A DNA stretch of 64,000 nucleotides from positions 15,288 to 79,287 of the forward strand of contig CAZUKQ010000001.1 in assembly GCA_964621025.1 (NCBI GenBank). Direction: 5' to 3'. The notes below the pieces were generated by a model. The model saw only the letters and a program-made list of their open reading frames with translations. It was not told the origin of the DNA and ran no database searches. Shown piece after piece: positions 27,690 through 37,563 of this stretch. The DNA is from Candidatus Woesearchaeota archaeon (GTDB lineage: Archaea; Nanobdellota; Nanobdellia; Pacearchaeales; GW2011-AR1). Made by a program: the position numbers and the translations under genes. Every line of letters starts with the position of its first letter. Positions within the stretch are counted from its first letter, which is position 1.

Positions 27690-28247
27690 ATGGAAGAAAA
27701 AGGCACTAGAATCATAACCGAAGAAACGGCTGAAGAGCTTGATAGTTTGTTTGATAACAAGGAAACTGAGGCTTTTGAGAAGGTTGAAGCAGCACTTTTT
27801 ATTTCAGGTAAATTTTTAACACTTGCTGAACTGATTATGTTGACAGATGTTAACCCTATTATGTTGAAAGAAATTTTACATAGACTTGAAAAGAAGTATT
27901 CTACTGGTGCTTTGAGATTGATTAAAGGAACTAACTCTTGGAAAATGGATGTTGCAGAGAAATATTATTTTATGGTGAATAAACTTGCAACTGGGACTGC
28001 AGAATTCAGTAGAGCAGAACAAGAAACCTTGGCAGTTATTGCATACAAGCAGCCAATAAAACAGTCTGTCGTAATAAAAATTAGAGGTAATAAGGCTTAC
28101 GACCACATAGCTAAATTCAACGAAGTCGGTTTAATCACGTCTAAACGGATTGGCCACACGAAAGAGATTTCTCTCTCTGAAGATTTCTACGAATATTTCA
28201 ATGTGCAACAAAGCCAAAAAGAAAAAGATGATGATGGAGCAGAATAA
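27690..28247 (+). CDS. scpB: segregation and condensation protein B (ScpB)
   Basis: EAALFISGKFLTLAELI and RAEQETLAVIAYKQPIKQSVVIKIRGNKAYDHI form two winged-helix ScpB signatures. TTTTAAAT lies 28 nt upstream. Confidence 0.7.
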   Translation: MEEKGTRIITEETAEELDSLFDNKETEAFEKVEAALFISGKFLTLAELIMLTDVNPIMLKEILHRLEKKYSTGALRLIKGTNSWKMDVAEKYYFMVNKLATGTAEFSRAEQETLAVIAYKQPIKQSVVIKIRGNKAYDHIAKFNEVGLITSKRIGHTKEISLSEDFYEYFNVQQSQKEKDDDGAE

Positions 28248-29473
28248 TGGAAATTTTAACAGTAATTTATCTCTTGTACATGTTTGTTTCTCTTTACTTC
28301 TTTAGTTTATTTTTATTAATTTATCTCCGAAATAGACACAACTTGTTTGAAGTTCCTGAATTAAAAAAACACTTTTCAATTTCGGTTGTTATTCCGGCGT
28401 ATAATGAGGGAAAAAATATTATTGAAACGGTTGATGCTGTAATGAAAAGTGATTATGACAATATTTTAGAAATAATTTTGATTAACGATGGTTCAAAGGA
28501 TGATACTCTCCAATTCATGAGAGAAATGGAATTGAAATATTCAACAAAGATTAAAGTTTTAGATAAAGAAAATTCTGGTAAGGCTGACTCAATTAATCAA
28601 GCATTAAAAATTGTTCAAGGAGAGTTAGTAGCAATTATTGATTCTGACTCTTTTCCAAAAGAAGATGCATTTAGTAAAACTGTTGGGTTTTTTGAGGACG
28701 ATTTAGTTGGCTGTGCTACAATTCCAATTTTATCAAGAAGAAATACAAAATTCTTAGACAAGATTCATACGGTTTATCAAATCCTTGTTGCATCAAATAG
28801 AAAATTTTTAGAAAAAGTAGATGGAATTTTTGTTACTCCTGGTCCTTTCGCACTTTATAGAAAAAAAGCTTTAGATGATATTGGAGGATTTGATCCGAAA
28901 AATATCACCGAAGATATTGAAGCTACATGGCATTTGGCATCTAAGGGTTGGAAAAGAAAAATGTGTTTAGCAAGCCATGTTACAACTTTGCTACCAAACA
29001 AGTTAGGAGCATTTTTCAGACAGAGAGTGAGGTGGACTATTGGAGGTTTTCAAACAGTAATCAAATATCGAAAAGAAGTTTTGAAGGGAAACGTCGTCGG
29101 ATATTTTATTCTTCCTTTTTTTGCATTTAGTATTTTTTTAGGCTTTTTTACTCTTGCTTTATTATTCTACTTATTTGTTAAAAGATTTATTTCTAGCTAT
29201 ATTCTAATGGAAGCTTCCTATTTAACTAGTTCTTCTTTGTTTTCTCTAGCTAATATAAATTTATTTCCAAGTATAATAATTATCTTATCTCTGCTACTGA
29301 TTCTGTTTGCTACTATTTTTTCAGTTATTACAATTAGAATTTTAGAAAAACAAATAATTCACCGGAAAAATTTGTGGTTCTTGATTCTTTATATTACTTT
29401 TATGAGTATAATTCCACCATTAACTTTCATCACCGCAATCTTTAAATTCGCTAAAAAGGATGTCAAATGGTGA
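28247..29473 (+). CDS. family 2 glycosyltransferase, processive membrane-embedded type (IcaA/NodC/cellulose-synthase-like)
   Basis: VVIPAYNEG, INDGSKDDT, IDSDS and the QRVRW motif (Q-x-x-R-W), followed by several C-terminal TM helices. Confidence 0.8.
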   Translation: MEILTVIYLLYMFVSLYFFSLFLLIYLRNRHNLFEVPELKKHFSISVVIPAYNEGKNIIETVDAVMKSDYDNILEIILINDGSKDDTLQFMREMELKYSTKIKVLDKENSGKADSINQALKIVQGELVAIIDSDSFPKEDAFSKTVGFFEDDLVGCATIPILSRRNTKFLDKIHTVYQILVASNRKFLEKVDGIFVTPGPFALYRKKALDDIGGFDPKNITEDIEATWHLASKGWKRKMCLASHVTTLLPNKLGAFFRQRVRWTIGGFQTVIKYRKEVLKGNVVGYFILPFFAFSIFLGFFTLALLFYLFVKRFISSYILMEASYLTSSSLFSLANINLFPSIIIILSLLLILFATIFSVITIRILEKQIIHRKNLWFLILYITFMSIIPPLTFITAIFKFAKKDVKW

Positions 29474-30126
29474 AAGAACATCAAAATCACGTCTTTTTGG
29501 AAGCGTTAGTTTTAGCGGTAGTTTTGTTTGGTCTTGGAATTATGCTCGGTTTTTTTATAGAATCTAATAGAACTGACAAAATTGCGAATCAATATTTAGC
29601 ATCTGAAATTAACATGCTAGATGCACAAATCCAGACTGAATTAATCAGACAGAATGGTTTAGACTGTGGTTTGGTTATTTCTAAAAATATTGAGTTCGGT
29701 AATAAAATTTACGAAGATGCAAAACTTTTAGAGAAATATGAAGCCTCTGCAAAACTGAGTCAGAGTCTACGTGATCAGCAAAAAAGATATTCAGTTTTGA
29801 GAACATTATTCTGGATGAATAGTATCGAAATAAAAGACAAATGTGAAGAAAGTTTTCATACAGTCGTCTATTTGTATGATTATACTTCTGGAGACTTAGT
29901 TTTAGAAAGCAAACAAAAATTTTACTCTAAATATCTTCTTGATTTGAAGGCAAAATATGGGGACAAAATAATGTTAATTCCAATTGCAAGAAATATGGAT
30001 TTAAGTTCTCTTGACCTTATGGTTTCTAAGTATAATTTAACAACAACTTCGATTATCGTCGATGAAAAGTTGGTGGTAGATAGTGTTGAAAATTTACATA
30101 AGATTGATAGTCAGTTAAACAAATAA
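29467..30126 (+). CDS. signal-anchored hypothetical protein coupled to the GT2 gene
   Basis: Overlaps the GT2 stop by 7 nt. Has one N-terminal TM. Confidence 0.5.
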   Translation: MVKEHQNHVFLEALVLAVVLFGLGIMLGFFIESNRTDKIANQYLASEINMLDAQIQTELIRQNGLDCGLVISKNIEFGNKIYEDAKLLEKYEASAKLSQSLRDQQKRYSVLRTLFWMNSIEIKDKCEESFHTVVYLYDYTSGDLVLESKQKFYSKYLLDLKAKYGDKIMLIPIARNMDLSSLDLMVSKYNLTTTSIIVDEKLVVDSVENLHKIDSQLNK

Positions 30127-30204
30127 TTTGGCCTGTTCTATTGAATAAATTATTGTGTTTTTCACCACAATAATCATTAAAAAGAGAGACTTTCTATTAA
30201 CGAT

Positions 30205-31041
30205 ATGGATTGTGAAATTTGTAAACGAATAGGAATAGAAAATGATGCGGTGAAGGTAATTTGGGAAGGTGAAGTGGTTAATTCTTGTAAAACCTGTGCT
30301 TTGAGAGAAGGTATGCCTGTTGTAAAAAAGGCTACACAGGAACAGGTTGATGCTTCTAATGTTCATTATAGTGTTAGAGAGAGAATGGAGAGAATGTCTA
30401 ACCGAAAACCGACAATTATTAGGGAACAGGCTATTACTCACAAGAACTTAGCTAGACTGAATTTCCCAACAGTTAGACAGAATCATGAGGATTTAATTGA
30501 AAACTATGACTGGACATTGAGAACTGCGAGAAGACGAAAAAAACTTTCTATTGCTCAGCTTGCTTTGACTAGCGGTTTGATTCCAGAAGACATACAAAAA
30601 CTTGAAAGCGGCCAAATTGTTAATAATTTAGAACCTATTGCAACACGTTTGGAAAATACTCTTGGAATAGTTCTATTGAAAAAAACTTCTAAGTTGGCTC
30701 AGGCTAGATATGTTAAGAAGGAAAATGAGATGATTCAAGGTAACTTGACAATGGCCGATGATAAAATTATTGATTTGCCTAAGACTGAAAAGAAAAGCTT
30801 ACTGAAAAAGTTATTCTCTAGAAAGAAAAAGGAAGAAGCTAAAGAAGATGTTGTTGAACTAAAGGCTGAAGATATTGTACCTGAGAAAAAAGAGATATTT
30901 GAAAAGATTGCAACTGGAAGGATGGATTTTTCTAAGAGAAGAAATGTTGAGCAAATAACTTTGAAAGATTTGGCTGAATTGAAAAAAAGAAAAGAGAAGG
31001 GTGAAATGTTCGGCGATGAATTAGAAGTTGAGGATGATTAA
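30205..31041 (+). CDS. aMBF1-like protein: N-terminal zinc ribbon plus XRE-type HTH, with long K/E-rich extension
   Basis: CEIC...CKTC zinc ribbon, then RRRKKLSIAQLALTSGLIPEDIQKLESG (HTH_3-like). Confidence 0.6.
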   Translation: MDCEICKRIGIENDAVKVIWEGEVVNSCKTCALREGMPVVKKATQEQVDASNVHYSVRERMERMSNRKPTIIREQAITHKNLARLNFPTVRQNHEDLIENYDWTLRTARRRKKLSIAQLALTSGLIPEDIQKLESGQIVNNLEPIATRLENTLGIVLLKKTSKLAQARYVKKENEMIQGNLTMADDKIIDLPKTEKKSLLKKLFSRKKKEEAKEDVVELKAEDIVPEKKEIFEKIATGRMDFSKRRNVEQITLKDLAELKKRKEKGEMFGDELEVEDD

Positions 31042-31043
31042 AC

Positions 31044-31334
31044 ATGACAAAACAAGGTGAACTAAGAGATGACGAAAGACATCCATCGTATGAACTCGCA
31101 GTAAAGTATATTTCTACTCTTCCTCTTGAAACATTAATGAAATATCAAGAATCTTTTTGTTCTTGTGCTATTGAAGGTAACAGGTTAGGTGAAATCTGTG
31201 GAACAACGCTTGGAAAACTTTTGAGAAGCGAACCTGTTGGTGAAAGATATGTTTTGGGACTGGCTTTAACTTTGATGGACTTTGAAGAAAGAAATAGGGT
31301 AGAAAAACAACAAAAAAGAAAGAAAAGAGATTAA
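31044..31334 (+). CDS. hypothetical protein (96 aa)
   Basis: ORF track. Starts 2 nt after the upstream stop. Confidence 0.45.
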   Translation: MTKQGELRDDERHPSYELAVKYISTLPLETLMKYQESFCSCAIEGNRLGEICGTTLGKLLRSEPVGERYVLGLALTLMDFEERNRVEKQQKRKKRD

Positions 31335-31972
31335 CTAAAAATTCTTTTTCCTAATCTCACCATATTTGAACCGCATCTTACTGCCGTTCTGAAATCCTGA
31401 GACATTCCCATTGATAAAAAATCCAATTTTCTGTTTAGGGTTCTTTCACATTCGTTGTAAAGATTTTTCATTTCTGTAAAGATTACTGTCAGCTCTTGCT
31501 CTTCTGCTTGAGATGGAATAGTCATCAGACCATTAATTTTTAGATTTTTTAGTTCTAAGTCTATTCTGTTTGCGATTTCTAATACTTCATCCGGCTGAAA
31601 GCCGTGTTCCTTGTCTTTGTCAGTTTTAACTTGAAGGAGAATATCTTGTTGTATGTTTAGATCTTTGCAGATAGAGTTCATTTTCTTTGCCAGTCTCCAA
31701 GAGTCAACGCTTTGGATTAGAAAGGGCTTTTCAGCTAAAATTCGCTTTGCTTTGTTAGTTTGTATATGTCCTATGTAATGTCTCCTGAAATCCTTTAGAA
31801 TTAGCTTATTTATGGCTGCCAATTGAGTATCATTGCTAAATGCCAAATCCTTAACACCACATCGCAAGACTTCCTCTATACTACTCAATGTGGCCGATTT
31901 CGTGACTGCCACAAGGCGAACATGTGCTGGCAATTCGGTTAAAACTCTAGAAACATTTAGTCTTATGTTCAT
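31331..31972 (-). CDS. yggS: YggS-family pyridoxal-phosphate homeostasis protein
   Basis: VRLVAVTKS (PLP lysine), GHIQTNK and MGMSQDF motifs. Confidence 0.85.
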   Translation of the reverse strand: MNIRLNVSRVLTELPAHVRLVAVTKSATLSSIEEVLRCGVKDLAFSNDTQLAAINKLILKDFRRHYIGHIQTNKAKRILAEKPFLIQSVDSWRLAKKMNSICKDLNIQQDILLQVKTDKDKEHGFQPDEVLEIANRIDLELKNLKINGLMTIPSQAEEQELTVIFTEMKNLYNECERTLNRKLDFLSMGMSQDFRTAVRCGSNMVRLGKRIFS

Positions 31973-32016
31973 AATTTGATAAGGAAAAAGAATTATTTAA
32001 TGGTTTGTATTATATT

Positions 32017-32949
32017 TTAGGCAAGGTTTAACAGATAAACCCCTAGAAAAACCAAAAGAATGAATACCATTTTCTGTATCAAAACTTTGGGGCTAAGATT
32101 TTCTTTTATTATCTTTGGAAATAGTAGACTTAAGAGAATTCCTATAAGTAACGCACATAATGGCTGAAAACCATTCATTATAGAACTAACTACAGCTACG
32201 GGGGCAGAGAGAGAAACAAAAGTTACAAGTATTATAGCTAAAATATTGATGACTTCATTTAATACATTTAAAAGAATTATTGGCTCTTTATTTTTTCTGA
32301 ATGAACTAACAAAATCGTTTCTGTACGATTTAGAACAAATTAACAAAATTAAACCAAAAATAAAAAATCCCAGATATTGCCAAAAACTTGTTGTCCAAAA
32401 GTCTGTATCTAATGCAAACAGCTTGAATAAAATGTAGTTTAAAGAAATCAAAAGAGATGCTAGAAGTTGTAGAAAAAGCACTTCCTTTGTTAGATGGAAT
32501 TTGCCCCTATGAAAACTTAAAGAGATACCTACTGCGCCAAGAATAATTAATGTTGAACCAATAATTTGAAATCGAGTTAACGTTTCTCCAAGGATGAGGA
32601 AGGCAAGAATAAAAGAAAAGACAGGGATGGTCTGAAACAAAGTTACTACAACAGAGGTATCGGCTTTTTTTAACGCTCTGAAATATGGAAACAAATATAA
32701 GATAAACAGAAAGCTATTAAGAACTATTAAACTAGAGGTTTTCCAATCTAGACTTAAGACAACTGGTTTGAATATGGCAATAAGAAATGCTACAGGTAAC
32801 CCTATTACACAAGAATAAATAATTAGTGTTCCAACTCCTGATTTAAAATATTTGGAAACCAAAAATTTATCTATGAAACTTGTGATGGCCCATAAGACCG
32901 GAGCAAGTATTGCAATTATCAACCAATTCATGAAAAATATAATCCTCAC
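32017..32949 (-). CDS. EamA/DMT-family transporter
   Basis: ~10 TM helices in two repeats. The size and pattern are typical of the drug/metabolite transporter superfamily. Confidence 0.7.
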   Translation of the reverse strand: MRIIFFMNWLIIAILAPVLWAITSFIDKFLVSKYFKSGVGTLIIYSCVIGLPVAFLIAIFKPVVLSLDWKTSSLIVLNSFLFILYLFPYFRALKKADTSVVVTLFQTIPVFSFILAFLILGETLTRFQIIGSTLIILGAVGISLSFHRGKFHLTKEVLFLQLLASLLISLNYILFKLFALDTDFWTTSFWQYLGFFIFGLILLICSKSYRNDFVSSFRKNKEPIILLNVLNEVINILAIILVTFVSLSAPVAVVSSIMNGFQPLCALLIGILLSLLFPKIIKENLSPKVLIQKMVFILLVFLGVYLLNLA

Positions 32950-33014
32950 TCCTTTAAAGAACTTTTCAATAAATTCAAAAGGTTTAAATTTAGTTATTTA
33001 TTAATCAAAAAAAG

Positions 33015-33046
33015 GGTGATGGTCAGAGAATCGCCTTAGAATTCTA
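33015..33046 (+). promoter_or_regulatory. conserved 5' element, copy 3 (GGTGATGGTCAGAGAATCGCCTTAGAATTCTA)
   Basis: Differs at 1 of 32 positions from copy 4. Ends 8 nt before ATG 33055. TATA-like TTTAAATT lies ~30 nt upstream of the element. Confidence 0.6.
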
Positions 33047-33054
33047 AAAGAAAA

Positions 33055-33558
33055 ATGAAAGAACATATATTAGAATACGTAAAAGAGCATTGTATTGGTA
33101 GTAGGGGAGCAGCATTACTTATAGGGCCTACTGCTGAAAAAGAATTAAGAGAGTTGTATCCCCAGTTTGATCCTGAAGGAAACAATTATCTTTTAGAAAT
33201 TACTGAGAATGAAACTCAATTCTGGAATAATTTTCTCGGGGCTGTTGGTGGTAACGACTGGAAAGATAGAGGATTCGAAAGACATACTGCTTGTGATTAT
33301 ACTGAAATGCATCTAAGAAAAAAGAAAAGATCACAACATCTTTTTTTACCAAATGTTGATGAAATGTTTTACAAATATGACATCCTTGGCAAGGGAATGA
33401 TGAATGCTGGGCTTAGACGTCTTTGGTCCTCAGACCGATTAGATTTAACAATTATTGGGTCAGTAAAAGACTTTAATTCCGAAAGCTACAAGAGAACATT
33501 TTGTGAATACACTTTTCCATTTTACATAGGAAACTGGTGTGCTATTGAAATAGAATAA
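33055..33558 (+). CDS. hypothetical protein (167 aa)
   Basis: ORF track. Preceded by the conserved 5' element. Confidence 0.5.
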   Translation: MKEHILEYVKEHCIGSRGAALLIGPTAEKELRELYPQFDPEGNNYLLEITENETQFWNNFLGAVGGNDWKDRGFERHTACDYTEMHLRKKKRSQHLFLPNVDEMFYKYDILGKGMMNAGLRRLWSSDRLDLTIIGSVKDFNSESYKRTFCEYTFPFYIGNWCAIEIE

Positions 33559-33562
33559 ATTT

Positions 33563-34180
33563 CTAACCTAAATATCTTAATCTGCCGGGTCTTGGTTCAT
33601 AAATCAAACCGTCTTCAAGAAGTCTTTTTATTTCTGCTTTAATCATGTCTGGTGAAGCTTCAATATCTAAAATTAATTTGTCTGTGTCTATTCCGTCTTG
33701 AGCTTCTGCAGTTTTTATTTTATCTAGAACAATATCTCTTACCGGAGCGTTTTTATTTATTGGAATATCTTTTCTTGAATCTTGAATTTCTAATTTTCTA
33801 ACTAATAACCATTGTGCGTCAATCTTTTTTACAATTTCTGGTAAAACATAAAGTTCGCTATTGTATTCTCTTACTGTTCCAATAACTTGAACTGTATCTC
33901 CTTGTGTTTTATCTTTTATTATTGCAATTTCATCACCAAAAGATTTTAATTTGATTTGACCAGAAGCATCGTCCAAAGTTAGAGCTGCGTATTTTTTGTC
34001 TCCGTCAGAAACATATTTGTCAACAACATTTGCTATTAAGTTAACTCTTGAAATCTTTTTCTCACCAAGTTCTAGGAATAAAAATTTTCCGTCAGCCATT
34101 ACAGGTTTGCTTTTTAGAATGTCACCAACCCTTAATTTGTATGCAGTATTCCTCTTTTTGGTTTCTGTAAATTCTACCAT
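33563..34180 (-). CDS. OB-fold nucleic-acid-binding protein with C-terminal winged helix (RPA32-like)
   Basis: OB-like region ISRVNLIANVVDKYVSDGDKKYAALTLDDASGQIKLKSFGDE. The C-terminal LEDGLIYEPRPGRLRYL wH motif also occurs at the MCM C-terminus here. Confidence 0.6.
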   Translation of the reverse strand: MVEFTETKKRNTAYKLRVGDILKSKPVMADGKFLFLELGEKKISRVNLIANVVDKYVSDGDKKYAALTLDDASGQIKLKSFGDEIAIIKDKTQGDTVQVIGTVREYNSELYVLPEIVKKIDAQWLLVRKLEIQDSRKDIPINKNAPVRDIVLDKIKTAEAQDGIDTDKLILDIEASPDMIKAEIKRLLEDGLIYEPRPGRLRYLG

Positions 34181-34225
34181 GGTTTGTTTAGACTTGTCGG
34201 CTTTTTAAGGTTTGTTGGGGTAGAG

Positions 34226-34759
34226 TTATTGTTTCTCTAAAGCCAACATATAACTGCCCTTACCCCTATCTAAAATCTGATAAAACTGCTTTGATTTAAA
34301 TTTTGCAGCTCTTTGTTTTTGAAGTTCATTGAAATTTTCTACATAACCCTGTGAAACTGCTTGATTTAGAGGAGCCAGCTTTTGAATAACATAGAGATAA
34401 AGTTCTTTTTTCGCAAATTCTGAAGGTTTATCATTGACGGCGATAGTTAAATCTGATAAAAGAGAGCCTAAAATTCTTACAGAGTTTTTACTGTCCTTTT
34501 CCGGAGTGTAAATAATCTCTCTAACTTCGTGAGCTTGTAGATCCTCTCTTCCGATTTGAAAACTATTGAATTTTACTGCATAATTCACGGCATCATTTTC
34601 ACTGTAAATGAATAATCTTTCTAATTCATAGACAAAACAGCAGGCAATCATAGGTTCCATCAGAGATTCTTTGTGTAAAACTGCTTTTTCTAAATCAGAA
34701 AAAAAATTTTCTAAATTGTCTTTACAATCTTCAATTAAAATTTCAGTTAATCTCCCCAT
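34226..34759 (-). CDS. hypothetical helical protein translationally coupled to mcm
   Basis: Its ATG overlaps the mcm stop (TAATG). No motif recognised. Confidence 0.5.
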   Translation of the reverse strand: MGRLTEILIEDCKDNLENFFSDLEKAVLHKESLMEPMIACCFVYELERLFIYSENDAVNYAVKFNSFQIGREDLQAHEVREIIYTPEKDSKNSVRILGSLLSDLTIAVNDKPSEFAKKELYLYVIQKLAPLNQAVSQGYVENFNELQKQRAAKFKSKQFYQILDRGKGSYMLALEKQ

Positions 34760-36816
34760 TACATTCTTTGAACATAACCTCTTCTGGGTCTGAACAAATC
34801 TCCGGCTCTTACGAGCTTATCAATTGTTTCTGCTAATTCATCAGAGGGCATTTTTTCTCCTACTGCTTTTTCTAGTTCTTCCATAGGAATTAGTTTTCCT
34901 AATCTCCCTTCCAGCTCTTCTAAAACTTCTTTTACAATATGAATTTTATTTCTCTTTGAAGCAGGATTTCCTCCGATTTTGTCAATATCAAAACTCTTTG
35001 TTTCTTCGTCGTAACCAACTTGCATCATATAAAATTTCATAAGTTCAATTGCGTCCAAAGCATCTTGTTCTGTTACCTCTTTTCCAAGTCTTGAACGTGC
35101 TGTTGCTTCTGCCAATCTGACTAGCGCTTCTAACTGTCTCGCGGAAATTGGAATAGGTCTCACTGCTGCGTCTCCAGTAAATGATTGCTGATTTCTTAAA
35201 CCTACATAGAAACTCTTTATTCTTTTTATCGCAGCGTCTGATAAAACAGGATTACATTTTTGTTTTGAGTAAGCAACATATTTTCTTAGTAGATCTTTTT
35301 CGATAATATCTCTTTTTGCAGTTTGCTGGTGTTCTGCTAAAACGTGTGAAGCAATACTTTCATCTCTTTCTCTATTTGGTAAATCTCTTAGAATAAATAA
35401 AACGTCGAAACGATTTAACAAAGAAGGAGCTAAGTTAACTTGTTTCGCAATCATTTCATCCGGATTAAATCTACCATACTTAGGGTTTGCTGCTGCTAAA
35501 ACTGCAGTCTGTGCTCTTAATGTTGCCTGAACATTTGCTTTGGAAATTGTAACTGTCTGCTGTTCCATCGCTTCATGCATCGTCGATCTATCGTTCTCAT
35601 CCATTTTTTCTAACTCATCAATACAAACTAAACCTTTGTTAGAAAGAACCATCGCACCCGCTTCTAAGCTCCAGCCTCTTAAAAATTCATCTTTTACTAC
35701 CGTCGCTGTTAAACCAGCTCCGGATGCAGATTTACCGGAAACGTATCTTCCTTTTGGTGCAATTCCAGAAATAAATTTTAACATAACGGATTTTGCGACA
35801 CCCGGATCACCAACTAATAAAATATGAATATCTCCTCTCGTTTCTGTTCCATCGGATCTTCTTTTTTTAACTCCTCCGAATAATTGTAAAATTAAAGATT
35901 GTTTTATTTCAGGGTAACCCCAAACAGAAGGTGCGACCGAAGCTGTAAGTCTTTTAAGAATTAATGGGTCTGCTGCTAGTTCTCTTATTTCTTGTTCATC
36001 TTCTTCTGAAATTTCTAACTGATCGAAAGTTTCTTCCATAGGAATAATGTTATTTGCTTCAACTGCTAAATCATATCTTGTTGACAAAGCACCTGTTGCA
36101 AGAGAAATTGAAACTTCGTTTAAAACTCCTATAATTCTTACTTTGCTACCTGGCGTTGTTTTTTCTTCCATTCGTGGTTCTACTAAATCTTCTTTTAGGA
36201 AAACATTCATTCTCTTTGGTTGTTCTCCACCGGAAAGTGCATCAGGAGATTCTTCAATTACTAATCTTTGAGCGTCAACCATGTCTTTGGAAATTTCTCT
36301 GAAACCCCCTCGTCTACCACAGGAACATCTTGATGGTTCTTGGAATTTTTTATCAATTTGTAATACTGAAATAATTGTTCCACAGGATGGACATTCGAAT
36401 TTTGCGTTTGTAACTTGGGGTCTTACTTCGGAAGCCTGTCTTACAATTCCTTCAATTGAAATTAAATTTCCTAAGTGTTTCGCTCTGATGTTTCTTATTT
36501 TTATTTCCTGTGTTTTGGAAATGGAAGTTAGTCTAACCTTTGCATCAGAGATTAAACCCAAGTCCTCTAGCGCCAATTCTAAAAGTTGTAAAGTTTCTTC
36601 AGGTTTTGTGATAAGTCTTTCTGCTAAATCTGGTGAGAATTCGGATAAATCATCAAAAGCAACTGTAACTACTTTTTCACCTTTCTTCGCGTTTGGACCT
36701 AGATTCTTTCTTTGTGTTCCAAAAAAGTTTTTTGCCTCATTTAACAGTTCCTCTTGATTCTGTTTTGGTTCGCCTTTGTCTGGCAAATCCATCGGCATGT
36801 CATCCATATCTTCCAT
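34759..36816 (-). CDS. mcm: MCM replicative helicase
   Basis: Zn motif CPSCG...CSCG, Walker A GDPGVAKS, Walker B CIDELEKM, arginine finger LLNRFD and a C-terminal wH. Confidence 0.92.
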   Translation of the reverse strand: MEDMDDMPMDLPDKGEPKQNQEELLNEAKNFFGTQRKNLGPNAKKGEKVVTVAFDDLSEFSPDLAERLITKPEETLQLLELALEDLGLISDAKVRLTSISKTQEIKIRNIRAKHLGNLISIEGIVRQASEVRPQVTNAKFECPSCGTIISVLQIDKKFQEPSRCSCGRRGGFREISKDMVDAQRLVIEESPDALSGGEQPKRMNVFLKEDLVEPRMEEKTTPGSKVRIIGVLNEVSISLATGALSTRYDLAVEANNIIPMEETFDQLEISEEDEQEIRELAADPLILKRLTASVAPSVWGYPEIKQSLILQLFGGVKKRRSDGTETRGDIHILLVGDPGVAKSVMLKFISGIAPKGRYVSGKSASGAGLTATVVKDEFLRGWSLEAGAMVLSNKGLVCIDELEKMDENDRSTMHEAMEQQTVTISKANVQATLRAQTAVLAAANPKYGRFNPDEMIAKQVNLAPSLLNRFDVLFILRDLPNRERDESIASHVLAEHQQTAKRDIIEKDLLRKYVAYSKQKCNPVLSDAAIKRIKSFYVGLRNQQSFTGDAAVRPIPISARQLEALVRLAEATARSRLGKEVTEQDALDAIELMKFYMMQVGYDEETKSFDIDKIGGNPASKRNKIHIVKEVLEELEGRLGKLIPMEELEKAVGEKMPSDELAETIDKLVRAGDLFRPRRGYVQRM

Positions 36817-36836
36817 AGATTAGGTTAGCGTAAGTT

Positions 36837-36844
36837 GTTTATAA
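36837..36844 (-). promoter_or_regulatory. TATA box (TTATAAAC on minus strand), starts 28 nt upstream of mcm ATG 36816
   Basis: Fits the -28 TATA rule. Confidence 0.6.
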
Positions 36845-36908
36845 GAATATCTGTGATTTATTGTAGATATCAAGAATAATTTATTACTCCCTAGAAATCA
36901 ACTAAGAC

Positions 36909-36916
36909 TTATAAAC
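36909..36916 (+). promoter_or_regulatory. TATA box (TTATAAAC), starts 28 nt upstream of ATG 36937
   Basis: Fits the -28 TATA rule. Divergent from the mcm promoter. Confidence 0.55.
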
Positions 36917-36936
36917 AAGTAAACCCTCTCCCTTAT

Positions 36937-37515
36937 ATGACTGAACAAAAAGAAATTAGTGTAGTAAAAATGCTCGCAGGAGTTGTAGGTGCTGTTGTCG
37001 AAAACAAGTCTTTAGATGCGGCGTTGAAGGATGTTGGCTTAAGTGAAAAATATGTTCTTAGTCAGTTTGTTTCAAAGAGCAGTGGAAGAGAAGCAGCTGC
37101 TTACGTTAAAGAAAGAATGACAAGTCAGTTTGGAAAATTTTTTAGGGATGAAAAATCTGGACTTTATCTAGTAAAAAAAGTTTATTGTGCTCCAGAGGAT
37201 TTTGAAGACTTTGGGAGAGTGATTAGTGCAGCAGATACTGATAAATTTAAGGTGGCCAGGATTATTAGTTCCAACCCACAATTAATGAGTTATAAACAAA
37301 AAAACTTTGGTCTTGAGGGTTATCTTGTTTCAGGAAGTAGTAAGTTAGAAGCAATGAGAAATACTACTGAGGATGAACCTGTTTTCAATTTTAGTTCTAC
37401 TAATTTTGATGCAAGTGATGCTGGAATGTTTGATAATTTAATTACTACTGCAGTTTATACTCACACAGAAGATTCTTTTGAAAGATTATATGAAGCAATT
37501 AGAAGAATTATCTAG
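36937..37515 (+). CDS. hypothetical protein (192 aa)
   Basis: ORF track with a canonical promoter. Confidence 0.5.
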   Translation: MTEQKEISVVKMLAGVVGAVVENKSLDAALKDVGLSEKYVLSQFVSKSSGREAAAYVKERMTSQFGKFFRDEKSGLYLVKKVYCAPEDFEDFGRVISAADTDKFKVARIISSNPQLMSYKQKNFGLEGYLVSGSSKLEAMRNTTEDEPVFNFSSTNFDASDAGMFDNLITTAVYTHTEDSFERLYEAIRRII

Positions 37516-37563
37516 TTAAAAAATTTAGAAAAATTCTTGTGTTGAGAGAATTAGCTGACCTTA

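Noticed and set aside
36281-36757. 158-aa plus-strand ORF and other antisense ORFs inside mcm (35540-35827, 36047-36271)
   Set aside because: They are embedded in a gene with complete MCM motifs. Long antisense ORFs are expected by chance in this AT-rich, stop-poor antisense frame.
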